A DNA stretch of 53,560 nt, filler included, from Squatina squatina (lineage: Eukaryota): the NCBI GenBank assembly GCA_031763465.1. It is 3 parts of 3 records of this genome, joined end to end, with 100 filler letters (N's around TTAATTAATTAA, not from the genome) between each part and the next. Parts side by side here need not be neighbours in the genome. Positions count along the whole stretch, not along the records: positions 18,712 to 39,607 come from JARFOE010000056.1; 2 more parts are not named here. One strand, given 5' to 3'. Below the pieces are notes generated by a model. That model did not search any database. It had not been told where the DNA came from and saw only the letters and a program-made list of their open reading frames with translations. Position numbers and translations under genes: made by a program. Of the stretch, positions 26,167 to 37,684 are shown piece after piece (the first letter of the stretch is position 1; the number at the start of each line of letters is the position of its first letter).

Positions 26167-26292
26167 TTGTTGGATGTCAATCTCCTGAATTGCTCACAAA
26201 TGGTCACATAGTCACAGGATTTGGACCTACGTACAAACATCAGGAGACGATCACCTACAGGTGTAATGAAGGTTATGAAATGGTTGGCAACA
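26167..26292 (+). CDS. Sushi/CCP exon copy 3 (3' end in gap), CD46 CCP4-like
   Basis: Acceptor ctctcttgccag; VVGCQSPELLTNGHIVTGFGPTYKHQETITYRCNEGYEMVGN; last 77 nt identical to the first 77 nt of copy 1. Confidence 0.88.
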
Positions 26293-26392
26293 NNNNNNNN
26301 NNNNNNNNNNNNNNNNNNNNNNNNNNNNNNNNNNNNNNNNNNNNNNNNNNNNNNNNNNNNNNNNNNNNNNNNNNNNNNNNNNNNNNNNNNNN

Positions 26393-26840
26393 CAAATTCA
26401 GTACCCTGTTCCTGCTTTCTCCCCATATCCCCTGATCCCTTTAGCCATAAGAACTATATCTAACTCCTTGAATATATTTAATGATTTGGCCTCTACTGCC
26501 TTCTCTGGTAGAGAATTCCACAGGTTCATCACCACTCTCTGGGTTAAGAAATTTCTCCTCATCTCAGTCCTAAATGATTTACCCAACTTTTATTCAACTT
26601 TAAAAAAAGAAAATTGTTGCTAACTCAGCATATTCCTGGATAGAATCATAGAATAGTACAGCACAAAGGAGGCCATTCAGCCCATTGAGTCTGTGCCGGC
26701 TCTTTTGAAGAACAGTCCAGTTAGTCCAACTCCCCTGCTCTTTTCTCATATACCTGGAATCTTTTTTCACTCCAGTATTCATCCGATTCCCTTTTGAGAG
26801 CTACTATTGAATATGTTTCCACCACCTTATCAGGAAATGG
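26393..26840 (-). mobile_element. CR1 LINE 3' fragments (two adjacent)
   Basis: GKSFRTEMRRNFLTQRV.NLWNSLPEKAVEAKSLNIFK; second 3' tail at 26640-26830. Confidence 0.8.
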
Positions 26841-27139
26841 ATAGCCAATGTTTTCTTCCTACTGTTTGTCTAATAATTTAACTGCAATTTTCAATATTTT
26901 CCAACGGTTTGTAGAGCGAATTTACCTCAGTATATACAAAAGTAAAATGAAAATGCTAAATATTTCTGCTGTTTTATTTGATAATGATTAAATACTGGTC
27001 ACGCAACAAAGAATTTGTTAGTATATTTCAGGCCTTTGCTAACCACACTTATGCAGGTGCAGTTATTGTTGTCTCTTTGTGTGTGCAAGTATGACCATTT
27101 TTAGATCTTTTCTAATTTTCTATATTTTCCCCTCCACAG

Positions 27140-28520
27140 GTTAAAATTCTGAACTGTCTCTATCCTTGATGAAAACTTCTGGCAATGCCCTGTTTCAGTG
27201 AATCCCCTCTCAGAGCAAATGAACTGAAGTATCTTCCTTCTCTGTTCTATTGCAAGACAAATTTGATGCAGTTCCTACTAATTTAGTTGATCTGGGATTA
27301 GAGTTTCCTTTCCAGATTTTCTATCTCCTTTATTATACTTCTGACAATTGCACTTCAATGAAACCTCAATGCTAATTAAGTTTTCCCTTTTTGATTCCAG
27401 TGAAGCAGATGTTTCTCTCTTTTTAAAAAAAAAAGTCCACTGTGAGTTGTGTTTTAGATTTGAACACTTAGTTAGTTTAAAAAAGACACAATGATTCTGA
27501 TTGTTTTTAAATGTATTTGTACCATACTGGTCATAGTTGTGTGTGCAAGGAAATGAATCGGTCCACGATTGAGGTATTACTTTTATTTGGACTTCTATGT
27601 GAATTACTGATTGGCGTCCTGTTGAGAAGATTACTTTTTAATAACAGCAACGTGGGATGTTTGATGAGACCAAGATTGATATTGGCTTTTTTTCAATTTT
27701 GCATTTGATATGGTACCTGTGTAGCTTCATGAAAAATTTGCTTACCAAACATTGAAACCTTAAGCGAATCTAAAGGAAAAGCCTATTCTCAAATTTCAAA
27801 CTAAACCCTTTTTTTTGTTACTTTCCTGTGCAGTGGCCAGTCTGAAGGGAGACTGCTTTCTTTGCCATATTTGGGATTGGTGCTGAAACATGACATTTCG
27901 ATGCTTATTCGTTGCTTCCTGCACCTCCTTATTGCATTGAGACATTTTTAAAATTCAATGCATGGGTGTATTTCACGATGAACAACTTGAGATAAGGTCA
28001 CTCAGTATAAAAAGAATTTTGTTTCACTGAAAAGTTAATTGTGCTTTTAAAACATCTGATTTTAAATTGAATCAAACAGTTTTTATCCTGTAGTGTTGTT
28101 TTGCTGATTTTGCGTCACTGTTGAGGTTCTAAGTATCAGCTTGATTTGATCAGTCTTTGTACGGTAGGTACTTGTTGTGTTAGAATCCTGAAGATGATCC
28201 ATTCCTTTTAAATGTCTGCTCTTGTGTCTGAAATATTTTCTGACAGTAAATGTGATGAAAGTATTTATTTTTCCGGCATCCTGGGCCAGTTACATATTTT
28301 AAAATTTAGAGCTATATTCCATTTCCACGATCAAAGTTATAATACAATGCCATCAAAAGTAACAATATCACATTCACGAAATAGCATATCCTCTTGTGAA
28401 AACTGTACCTTCACTATGCTCTGCCACCACAGCTATTATGCAGCAGCTTGCTATGTGAAGTAAAAGACAAATTATCAGAAATAAATTCAATGGCAAGTTA
28501 TGCAATTGAATTCAATAAAT
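27140..28520 (+). other. Probable terminal exon and AT-rich 3' UTR of the CCP gene
   Basis: Strong acceptor tttctatattttcccctccacag; all three frames stop within 10 codons; repeat-free AT-rich run to AATAAA at 28480 and 28514. Confidence 0.5.
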
Positions 28521-30774
28521 CTGGTAATTCATACCCGAGCACTAGACAATGACCATGAAAGCTGCTACACTTGTTTTTGTAAGAAAAAAATGGTTTACTA
28601 ATGACCTGCCCCACCCCTATTGGGCTAGCCTGTACATCGACTCCAGTTCCATACGGTGTGGTTGATTCTTAATGCCTTCTGCAGTGGCCTTTTGGGCCAC
28701 TAAGTTATAACACAATTGGTTCAAGAAGGCAACCCACCACCACTTGGGGCAACTAGGCATAGGCAATAAATGCTGCATTGCCAGTGTTGCCCACATGCCA
28801 AGAACAAATAGATTTTAAAAAACCCTTAAGATCAAACTTTGATGCTCAATTGTAAAGAAATGAAATTAGTCTTGGTGCACATGAGTGTGACTATTACATC
28901 AGTGAATGGAACCAGTTTCAAAATGGCTGACTTGAAAGAGGAAAATGAAGGAATATTAATTTTATCAATGTTGGTGCTTAATTTTATCTTTATTGATCCA
29001 AAATGCCCAACAATGCTACATAAAATAATTCTGTAAATGTTGTGATATGTGTCTTAAGTTTTTGATTTAACTCATTTATGCTTTAGTCCTGAAGACACAA
29101 AGAAAGAGCACATGATTACTCACTATTGAGATGCTATTAAAGCTGCATCACTATTACTACTGATGGGAATCTAATTAACTGCGTGGCTCATCTGTGTATA
29201 TATTGGATTTTATTTATACTTAAATACTGATTTTAAAGCGCCTTGGGAAGTATTACTATGTTAAAGGACCTATATAAATGCAAGTTGTTACAATATATCT
29301 AGTTTTGTTTTTATATTCTATTTTTGGCACATCAGTCTTTATGTCTGCAATCCTAAACCAAATCCAAAATGAAGTAGCTGCATTTCATACAAAGCAAGAT
29401 GATGTCACTGGTATCTTCTAATATTTACACTTCGGAGACTATACCATCGTATATCAAGCACTGAAGACCATAACCAACTTAGGTAGTTCTGAAATCATCA
29501 AGTCTTAACTGATTTTTTTTAAAGAAAAATTGTATACAAGTGTAATCTTAAAATACAATATGAATGCACAATTTTAACCAGGTTTACTATTCTGGACTTG
29601 GAATAGATGCAGATAATCATTTTCGCCTCTCTAGCATGACCCAATTTAACAACTGTTGTGCACAAGTGATCGAGCCCAACTCCTGCCCCGATTTCTTATG
29701 TTCTATCACATCTGTTAGAGTGACATCCGGATCATGGTTTCAAGTGTTCCACTATTTTCTTTTAAGAAGCTCTATACAAGAACACAAGTAGCATGAGATC
29801 CATATTAATTTGGCAGTTCACAAAATTTCAAATATATAGTCCCAAATTTAAAAGAGCACAACTCATTTTTAATGCACTTCATTTAAACATTTCTAAAAAC
29901 CTTTTGGCAGATTAACCAAAATCCCTTACGTGCCTGAAGTATTTGTTTTTAGTATTTGTTTGAAATGGGGGGGTGGGTGGAATTGATCATGGCCTGTTTT
30001 AGTTCTGAAATTGGCAATGCACAAGAGAAACTGGAGGCCTCATCTCCAGAATTGTGCCGATCTGCAAATGCCAGTCAGATATCCAGGGGCCGACAGTGGC
30101 CCTCAGATAGGTTCTGGGAAGTGGAGAAGCGAACGGGAGGAGCGGTGAGCAGTCCAGCTCCTCGTGGCTCCATGTTAAGGTAAGTTTGAAAAGAAAAAAA
30201 CTTAGTGTATTGTTGGGAGGCCTCCAGCGGTCTCTCTTAATGACTGCTGGTTAAGTCACAGAAGAACCTGAAAAACTGAGTGGAGCATGCCCAGCACATG
30301 CTTTACTCAGTTATGACCAATTTAGGAGTGGGGTTGTAAAACTACCTTTGGGCCTCTCATTAGCATATTCAAGAGGCCGAATGCCTGTTTCAGGCGGCTT
30401 CCAAGGACTCTTGAATATGGCATTGGACATACTTCCGGTGCAGTTCAGGTGAGGGTCATGGTGCTGCAAGTGTTTGGATTTTTCCCCTACTTTCTACTTG
30501 CATGACTAGATCCAATTTTACCCTCAGATTTTCAAAACTGTGTTTGGAATCTTTTCAGTCTGTCATCTTTTTATTTCTTACTAAAATGGGGAAGTAACTT
30601 GCCTCTACTTGATGTTTCAATTTATACTGCCACTTTCTTTATCCTGCTCAGTCAACACTTTCACCATTCCCTGGTTTCTACTGTAATCTGCTATTGTACC
30701 AACACTGCCATTTGTGCAGCACTGCAAACCAAGTCTAAGTGATACTGGAAATGTACCAGGGAGTGGGGTTTGGC

Positions 30775-30952
30775 TAGGGCGACCCAACATCCCGGTTTTT
30801 ACTCAAACCTCCCAGTGACCCGACAATTCTTTGCAAAAGCCTCAAATGTCCCAGTTTGGGACGGGGACCTGACTGCACATACGCAGTCTCTCAACGCAGC
30901 TGGCAGGTAAGTTTTTGTCCCGATTTGGCCTTCCCAAAATCTGGTCACTCTG
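30775..30952. mobile_element. hAT-type MITE, diverged copy
   Basis: tagggcgaccca...atctggtcactctg; TSD ggtttggc/gacttggc (6/8). Confidence 0.65.
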
Positions 30953-32650
30953 GACTTGGCAACAAGTTTCAATGCATACACCAGCCTTTTGCAATTCAAC
31001 TTGAAGTTGCCTGAGCATGTAGAGTGTAAAAAGCTCCCAGAAGCTATCCACATGATTCAAATAATCTGCAACTCAACACGTCTTTCCTTATGATACAACA
31101 GTTATTCGAAATTTATTTTCTAACTTAATTAAAAACAAGCTGAAGCATGAACTTTGAAGCCTATTTTGAATTGTTTTCAGAGAACTATCTTTGAAAGCTT
31201 ATTTTTATTTCAGACAAAATCCAGCAAAAATCATGATAAAATGTGTTTTGATGTATTCACTCGCCATACATTTCTTAGCCCTACTTCTAATATATTGCCT
31301 ATTACACAGCATGGAACCCCTGTTAGAAAACTGCATATGATCCAACTCAGCATTAGCAATACAATGGGAGATCTACTGGTAATATACTGAAAATGGTAAT
31401 TAACTTGCAAGAACATCACAATCTAAATGTCATTTATAGATGCAAAACAATCTTAAAATGCTGGGTACTTCTATTGCCGGAAACTGACGCGTACAGTCCA
31501 AAACAAAGTCCTTTCAGCAAAAAACACACTGCATTCTGATTGACCTCAACCTCTGTTTCCCTGACAATTAGATTTTGTGTCTTTTTTTAAAAAAAGCTTC
31601 AGCTTAATAAAAAAAATATATACATTGTGCACCACATGGTATGATAGTATATGATACAACTTCACACGAGCAATGCCATGGGAGATGTGTATTATACACA
31701 AAAATATCAATGAATTCACAAAATGAGATGGATTATGGGATTGCAATGGCACTAAAAGTTTTCATTGCGCATGTTACCAAAGAATGGAGTTAATTTCTAT
31801 TTCAAGATCTGTTGCTCACAGTCATCTTTGGGAATGGCCATTTTCCCCTCGCATGGCATTTTGTCACTGTATGTGGCTTATAACAATTATTTTCCATCCT
31901 TGGGGCACAGCCAGGAATTATACAAAGTTCATATGTTAAAGCTAAAATTCCCTTCCCTTTTATGTTTTGTAAAAGTTAGTAATTTACCAATACTGTAATG
32001 TTTAAATGTTGGAGTCAATGTTATTTCCTGGTCTAAGTCAATCCGGGTCTAAGTCCGTAATTGTTGGGAGTTGTTTGGTCTTCCGATTAGTTATGATTTG
32101 TGCACTTTACAGCTGCGAATCATGGCCCTAAACTTCCTCTGGCCCCACTCTGCCACTGAAAGTACTTTAGTTCTGGACTTATGGCCATCCATCAGTTGCA
32201 GTCCTAACTCTCGCTCATTTCCTGGCATCAAGCCCATTACCATTTTTAAGGTGGGCACAATGGCATAAGGGAGCCTGCCTCAAAATACAGTCAGCAGAAC
32301 TGCTCGAAGATAATAAAACTCTCAGCAGCTCTACTACTGAATGGTACTGATATGTCCTGAGAAATTAGATGTACTGTGCATGCTTAGGCTGCACAATCTG
32401 AATTCGGCTTTGGGAAAAAATATCAATCCAAAGCATAAGTAGTGAGTGAGATTGAGGCATGAAAAGTTGTCAAGGACAATGGATAAATGCAGTCATTCTA
32501 TTGTGAAGTATTTTCAATAGCTGCAAGTAAGCAATGAAACTTTTTCAGAAAGCATTTTGTAAGAATGGATACAACAGTGCCATTTCATGGCTAGTGCCTG
32601 CAATTACAATGACAGGAAACATTGTAAATGTAAACATAGAAATTTATAAC

Positions 32651-32867
32651 TAGGGTGACCAGGCGTTCCGGTTTTTGAGGAAGTGCCCCGGTGTCCTGAC
32701 ACTTACCTCAAAAGTGCTCAAATGTCCCGGTTTTTCATGTCCATTCAACTGTGCATGCGTAGTTCCAGCGAAGAACTGACGGCACATGCACAGTTCTGCC
32801 GGAGAATGGACTGCGCATGTGCAGCACGATTGTCCTGGTTTGGGCCCCTGCTGATCTGGTCACCCTA
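32651..32867. mobile_element. hAT-type MITE (TIR TAGGGTGACCAG) with perfect 8-bp TSD
   Basis: tttataac|tagggtgaccag ... ctggtcacccta|tttataac. Confidence 0.9.
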
Positions 32868-32959
32868 TTTATAACTGATGAAATAAATGCAAAAGTGTGA
32901 CAACAGGAGATGCGATTTTTTTTAGACATGTAAGATATTTAGTCAGATGTAAATATACA

Positions 32960-33502
32960 TATTTTATAAAACACTTGTTCAGCTTCAACTGGAGTATTGT
33001 GCCCAATTCTGGACAGTGTACTTTCGGAAGGATGTGAAGGCCTTGGAGAGGGTGCAGAAAAGATTTGCAAGAATGGCTCCAGGGACTTCAGTTATGTGGA
33101 TAGAGGGGAGAAGTTGGGATTATTCTCCGTAGAGCAGAGAAAGTTGAGAGAAGATTTGATAGAGGTGTTCAAAATACTGAGCCATCTAGACAGAATAGAT
33201 AGAAACTGTTCCCATTGCCGGAAGGACCGAGAACCAGAGGACACCGATTTAAGGTGATTGGCAGAAGAACCAAAGGAGACATGAGGAAAAACCTTTTTAC
33301 CCTGCGAGTGGTTAAGATCTGGACTGCGCTGCCTGAGGGGAGGCAGACTCAATTTTATCTTTCAAAAGGATTTGGATAAGTACCTGAAGGAAAAATATTT
33401 GCAGAGCCATGGGGAAAGTGTGGGGGGAGTGGGACTAGCTGAGAGTCGGCACGGGCTTGACGGGCTGAATGGCCTCCTTCTGTGCTATAACCATTCTATG
33501 AC
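32960..33502 (+). mobile_element. CR1 LINE 3' portion
   Basis: ctggagtattgtgcccaattctgg, KLGLFSVEQRKLREDLIEVFKIL, 3' tail gggctgaatggcctccttctgtgct. Confidence 0.85.
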
Positions 33503-33896
33503 ACTAATGGCATTCAGAAGCCCTCCCCTCACCCACCGAGTATCACTACTTAAGGGGATCATGAACTACTTACAGGCAACGTCCTCCGTAAACTGCACTG
33601 CCTCCTGCACAGCTGCATCCCCCAGTGCCCATTCAATTTTTGCGCATGGTGGTATCTACAATGGAAAAGCCGGTGATTGGCCTTCAGGGAACCTTGCAGA
33701 TGTTTGTGTCACCACACAGCTTAGTGAGAGCATTGTTTACAGGTTAGTTACTGGATTAATTCTCTTGGCTGCTGGTGCAATTGTATGCATTTTGGAGCTT
33801 TCCTACATGTGCATGAAGTTTGAATAATCTACAAGGAGTGTTCTGCCTGGTGCTGAAGTACTTTTCTGTTCATTTAAAAGCGTGCACTGAAACAAG

Positions 33897-34516
33897 TTGC
33901 TCACTGACATGGGTGGCCTGGTAAGTCTTCCTCTTGGAATTGAGCATGACTGGGAGAATGAAGAGAGGCCACACAGAGCAGGACAGGCTGCTAGAAGAGG
34001 GAGGAGGAGGAGGGGGGAAGGGTTCTCAGCAGGAGGCCATATCCACCCAGGGCCTTTAGGGAGCAACTCTTACCTCAACCTCAGCGAGGACCAATGCATG
34101 AAATGTCTTTGCTTCACAATGAGGTTGTGGCTGAAATTGGTGAACTGCTGCAGCCACAAAGCAGGGCATGGACCACACCGCTGTGACTGTGTCAAGGTGA
34201 CCATGGCTCTTAACTTTTATGCATCAGACTTCTTCCAGGCTGCTGCTGAAGGTATCAGCAACACCTTGCAGTTTGCAATAAGCTGCTGCATAGGAAAGGT
34301 TGCTGAGGCTCAGGGTACACAGAGGGACAGCTTCATCTCATTCCCTCTTGCCAGTGACAAGCAGGCTGAGCGAGCACGAGGGTTTGCTTGGGTTGCAGGG
34401 TTCCCCATGGTGCAGGGGGCCATTGACTGCACGCACATTGCTTCGCATGTGCCTCATGTCAACTTGGCCAATTTCATGAGCTGAAAGGGATTCCTTCAAT
34501 GTGCAGCTGGTTTGTG
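33897..34516 (+). mobile_element. Harbinger (HARBI1-like) transposase pseudogene, N-terminal half
   Basis: YLNLSEDQC..VKVTMALNFYAS..FQ..FISFP..VAGFPMVQGAIDCTHIA..NVQLVC; contains a stop and frameshifts. Confidence 0.88.
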
Positions 34517-34619
34517 NNNNNNNNNNNNNNNNNNNNNNNNNNNNNNNNNNNNNNNNNNNNNNNNNNNNNNNNNNNNNNNNNNNNNNNNNNNNNNNNNNNN
34601 NNNNNNNNNNNNNNNNCAA

Positions 34620-35335
34620 GGATATATCCTTGGGGGACTCTAGAAGTAACTTTATGGCAGGAAGAGGAGCCACTGCTGGAGATGCTCTGGCTATGATTGG
34701 ACAGGTCAGAGTGAGGGAAGTCCCACTCAGCTGAACAATGGAGGAAAGCTGTTGGAGGTAGACTGTACCAAAGGCTGCAGAAAAGTAGAGAAGGATGAAG
34801 AGGGATAGTGCACCACAGTCATAATCGTAGATGATGCAATTTGCAACCTTGATCAGGACCATTTCGGTGTTGTAGCAGGGATGGAAACTTGATTGGAGAG
34901 ATTCTAATGTGGAATTGCGGGAAAGATGGCCATGGATTTGGGAGGTGGGGCAGAAGTGTGCAAGGACAGAGAGGTTGAGAGTGGGTATTTTGAAGCGGTG
35001 GATGATAACAGCAGTTATGAAAGGAAGGGGAACAATACCCGAAGAAAGAGAACCATTTTACAGTGTCAGCCAGCACAGGGGCCAGGGAGGGAAGGAGAGT
35101 GGAAATGGCTTTAAGAGAGTAGCAGACTGTGTCTCATGGACAAGATGAGCTCAGATGGTGCAGTAGGGGAGGCAAGAGAAACTAGAGAAAGACATAGGCT
35201 CAGGGATAGGGACAGAGGGAACCATAGGAAAGGTTTGTCTTGGTGGACAAAGGAAAGGTCAGATGCAGCTGATGAGATGGTCTCAACCTTAGAGATAAAG
35301 ATGTTCACATGAGCTCCTTCCACTTGTTGGAGGGG
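34620..35335 (-). mobile_element. L2-clade LINE fragment
   Basis: VLIKVANCI..D.DCGALSLFILL.FSAAFGTV (cf. LLDLSAAFDTV), GVPQG-like gagtcccccaagga. Confidence 0.7.
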
Positions 35336-35443
35336 AGGAGTTTAAGGAGATGAGTGGTAGTGGAGAAAATGACCTCACCAAATCCCATGGCTCCTTAGGT
35401 GCATTTAGATGTCGTTAGATGATCTGCTTTGTTGCTATTCTTC

Positions 35444-35524
35444 CTCCTAGAACACTGATTTCAAATGGTGCTAGAATCGGCACTGACACAATCTAAGACA
35501 CCATATGAAACCAGCTTCCAGAAG
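35444..35524 (-). ncRNA. mir-29b: microRNA precursor mir-29b (mir-29b-2-like flanks)
   Basis: 35451-35473 reverse-complements to UAGCACCAUUUGAAAUCAGUGUU (mature miR-29b-3p). 35492-35515 gives the pairing 5p arm GCUGGUUUCAUAUGGUGUCUUAGA. Flanks CUUCUGGAAG...UAGGAG resemble mir-29b-2. Confidence 0.96.
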
Positions 35525-37684
35525 AAAATGTATCTGCCTTTATTGTAGATTCCAGGATAATGTGTAGTACCTCTTCAAGATATAAAAAGAAAAGGGATGA
35601 GAGTTTGACAGATTCATTCTGAATTAGAAACATTTCCCTTGGTCCAGTTTTGCAGNNNNNNNNNNNNNNNNNNNNNNNNNNNNNNNNNNNNNNNNNNNNN
35701 NNNNNNNNNNNNNNNNNNNNNNNNNNNNNNNNNNNNNNNNNNNNNNNNNNNNNNNCACCCGAGAGCTCCAATCTTACAGCCACAAAGCATTCCTTACTGA
35801 ATTTAGTTCCGTATTCCAGCGTTGAGAAATGTTGAACTCTCCACAGTGAGAATGACGCAGGTTGAATACTAGGATGTGAACAGGTTGCAGTCAGCTATTA
35901 TCCAAGTAAGGAGCTGGCAATCCTGGCATTATTCACTTTTTACCCAGAATTCCAGATTTCTTGGCAAGTAGGTGCCCTAGTTGCTTTCAAAGTTTAACAG
36001 TGTTGTTCGTTGTGCAAGGAGATTGAAATTAAACGGCAGCAAAGCCTGGCCAAGAAAGATTAAATGTAATTTTTCCTGCGTTGCTGTTCACCTCCGAGGG
36101 AGGTAGAAGGAAAGCCTTTTCTTTTATTGATTGGCTGAAATCCTTAAATGAAAAAGAGATATTTTGTTGGTGGAGCAATTCGCAATTGGGTAACTAACGC
36201 GGTAATAAAAAAAACTAAACTTCAAAGAAATCCTTCAAACTTAATCTAAATGTCTTTAGTTAATTAATGAATTAATTAATATCATAACATTTGTTTCAGC
36301 TGTGGTGTAGTTGAGGGTTGATGANNNNNNNNNNNNNNNNNNNNNNNNNNNNNNNNNNNNNNNNNNNNNNNNNNNNNNNNNNNNNNNNNNNNNNNNNNNN
36401 NNNNNNNNNNNNNNNNNNNNNNNNGCAGTCCGCGACGCTAACACAGTGACGTCAACACTGCAGTATCTACAACAGTGATGCAATTACTGTATGCTCATTA
36501 GCAAATAAATTATTTGCAGTGGCCAAATATTCTATATCCTCTTTTCATTTTTATCAAAAGGCACAATTTCTTTTTAAACTTCACACGTCTCCTTTTTTCT
36601 CTTTTGCTTCCCCCCTCCTCCCCCAGGCGTGTCGCTTTGCTCACAAAACAAAATTAATTATAAATCGCCAGGTTGCGAGTGAAAGGAAGCTTGAATACCA
36701 AATGTCAAATATAAAAAGGGACTTGTCTAAGATTATTTTTAATCGAACAAACTTAAAAGTAAACACAGAAAAACCTGCAGAAACCCTTGTAGCTTAGAAA
36801 CTGAAATATATTGTAAGTTTGGCTTTCCCAGAAGTTATTTAAATAAATTAACCAGAAATAAGAAATTAACTTTTATCAACTGCGAGCCAAGGAAAAACAA
36901 TGCAGGATCTTTAACCACTAAACTCAACCGTTCAATTATGCATTCCATTATGCCCCCCCCAAATCTGCAACCCAAGAAATTCAGACATTAAACAAAAAGT
37001 AGTAAATTGTTACTGATGAAATTTAGCCGAAAATCTTGAACATCAACTGCAGCATAATGAAACGAAAATATAAAATACAAGTGAATAAGTAATACTTCCT
37101 GTTCAGCCAGTCAGAGCTAATTTTACCAGGTAATTCAACCACTCAGCCAATAATAGCACAGTTAAAATATCTAAGCCAATGGAGGTGAACACTTCAGCAG
37201 CAATATCTGTCTCAGCGAATCAGGTAAAGAGCCACACAAATAACTTGCTGGTAAGCCAGTCACAAGAGAGCTTCTGCAGACAGCCTTGTTGCAGCCAATA
37301 GGATGGGAGGACAGGCATATACATGATGATGCAGCACAACAAGGAAGTCTATCACAAGTGAGCTGGCTGCTTGCCAAGATCAAGACGCAGAGAGAACAAG
37401 GTAAACAACTTTCTAACGCCAAGCACTGTGACATTTACTCTTCTGGTGTACAGCAGAGCTCCCTAGTCATCAATAGCCTTTAATCACCCTTCATTCTAGA
37501 CAGTGGCACCATCAACCTACATTCTCCACACCTTACTTCGCAATGCGACAGAAACGAGCGCTGCGCTATCGTATTCTAACATCCTCGACAACCAATGAAG
37601 CAGACCCTAGAGCTGCAGATTACAACGAACCTTTTTAAAATTAAAAAACGATAAGTTAAGCAGAAATCATACTATAAAACTTAC

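Noticed and set aside
33897-34484. Domesticated HARBI1 gene
   Set aside because: Stop and frameshift within the catalytic domain, and several similar decayed copies in the window.
35149-35165. tcagatggtgc as mir-29a
   Set aside because: Only a partial match inside an L2 fragment, with no hairpin.
36000-36620. MALAT1-like triple helix/mascRNA end
   Set aside because: No paired U-rich motifs, A-rich tract or tRNA-like structure found.
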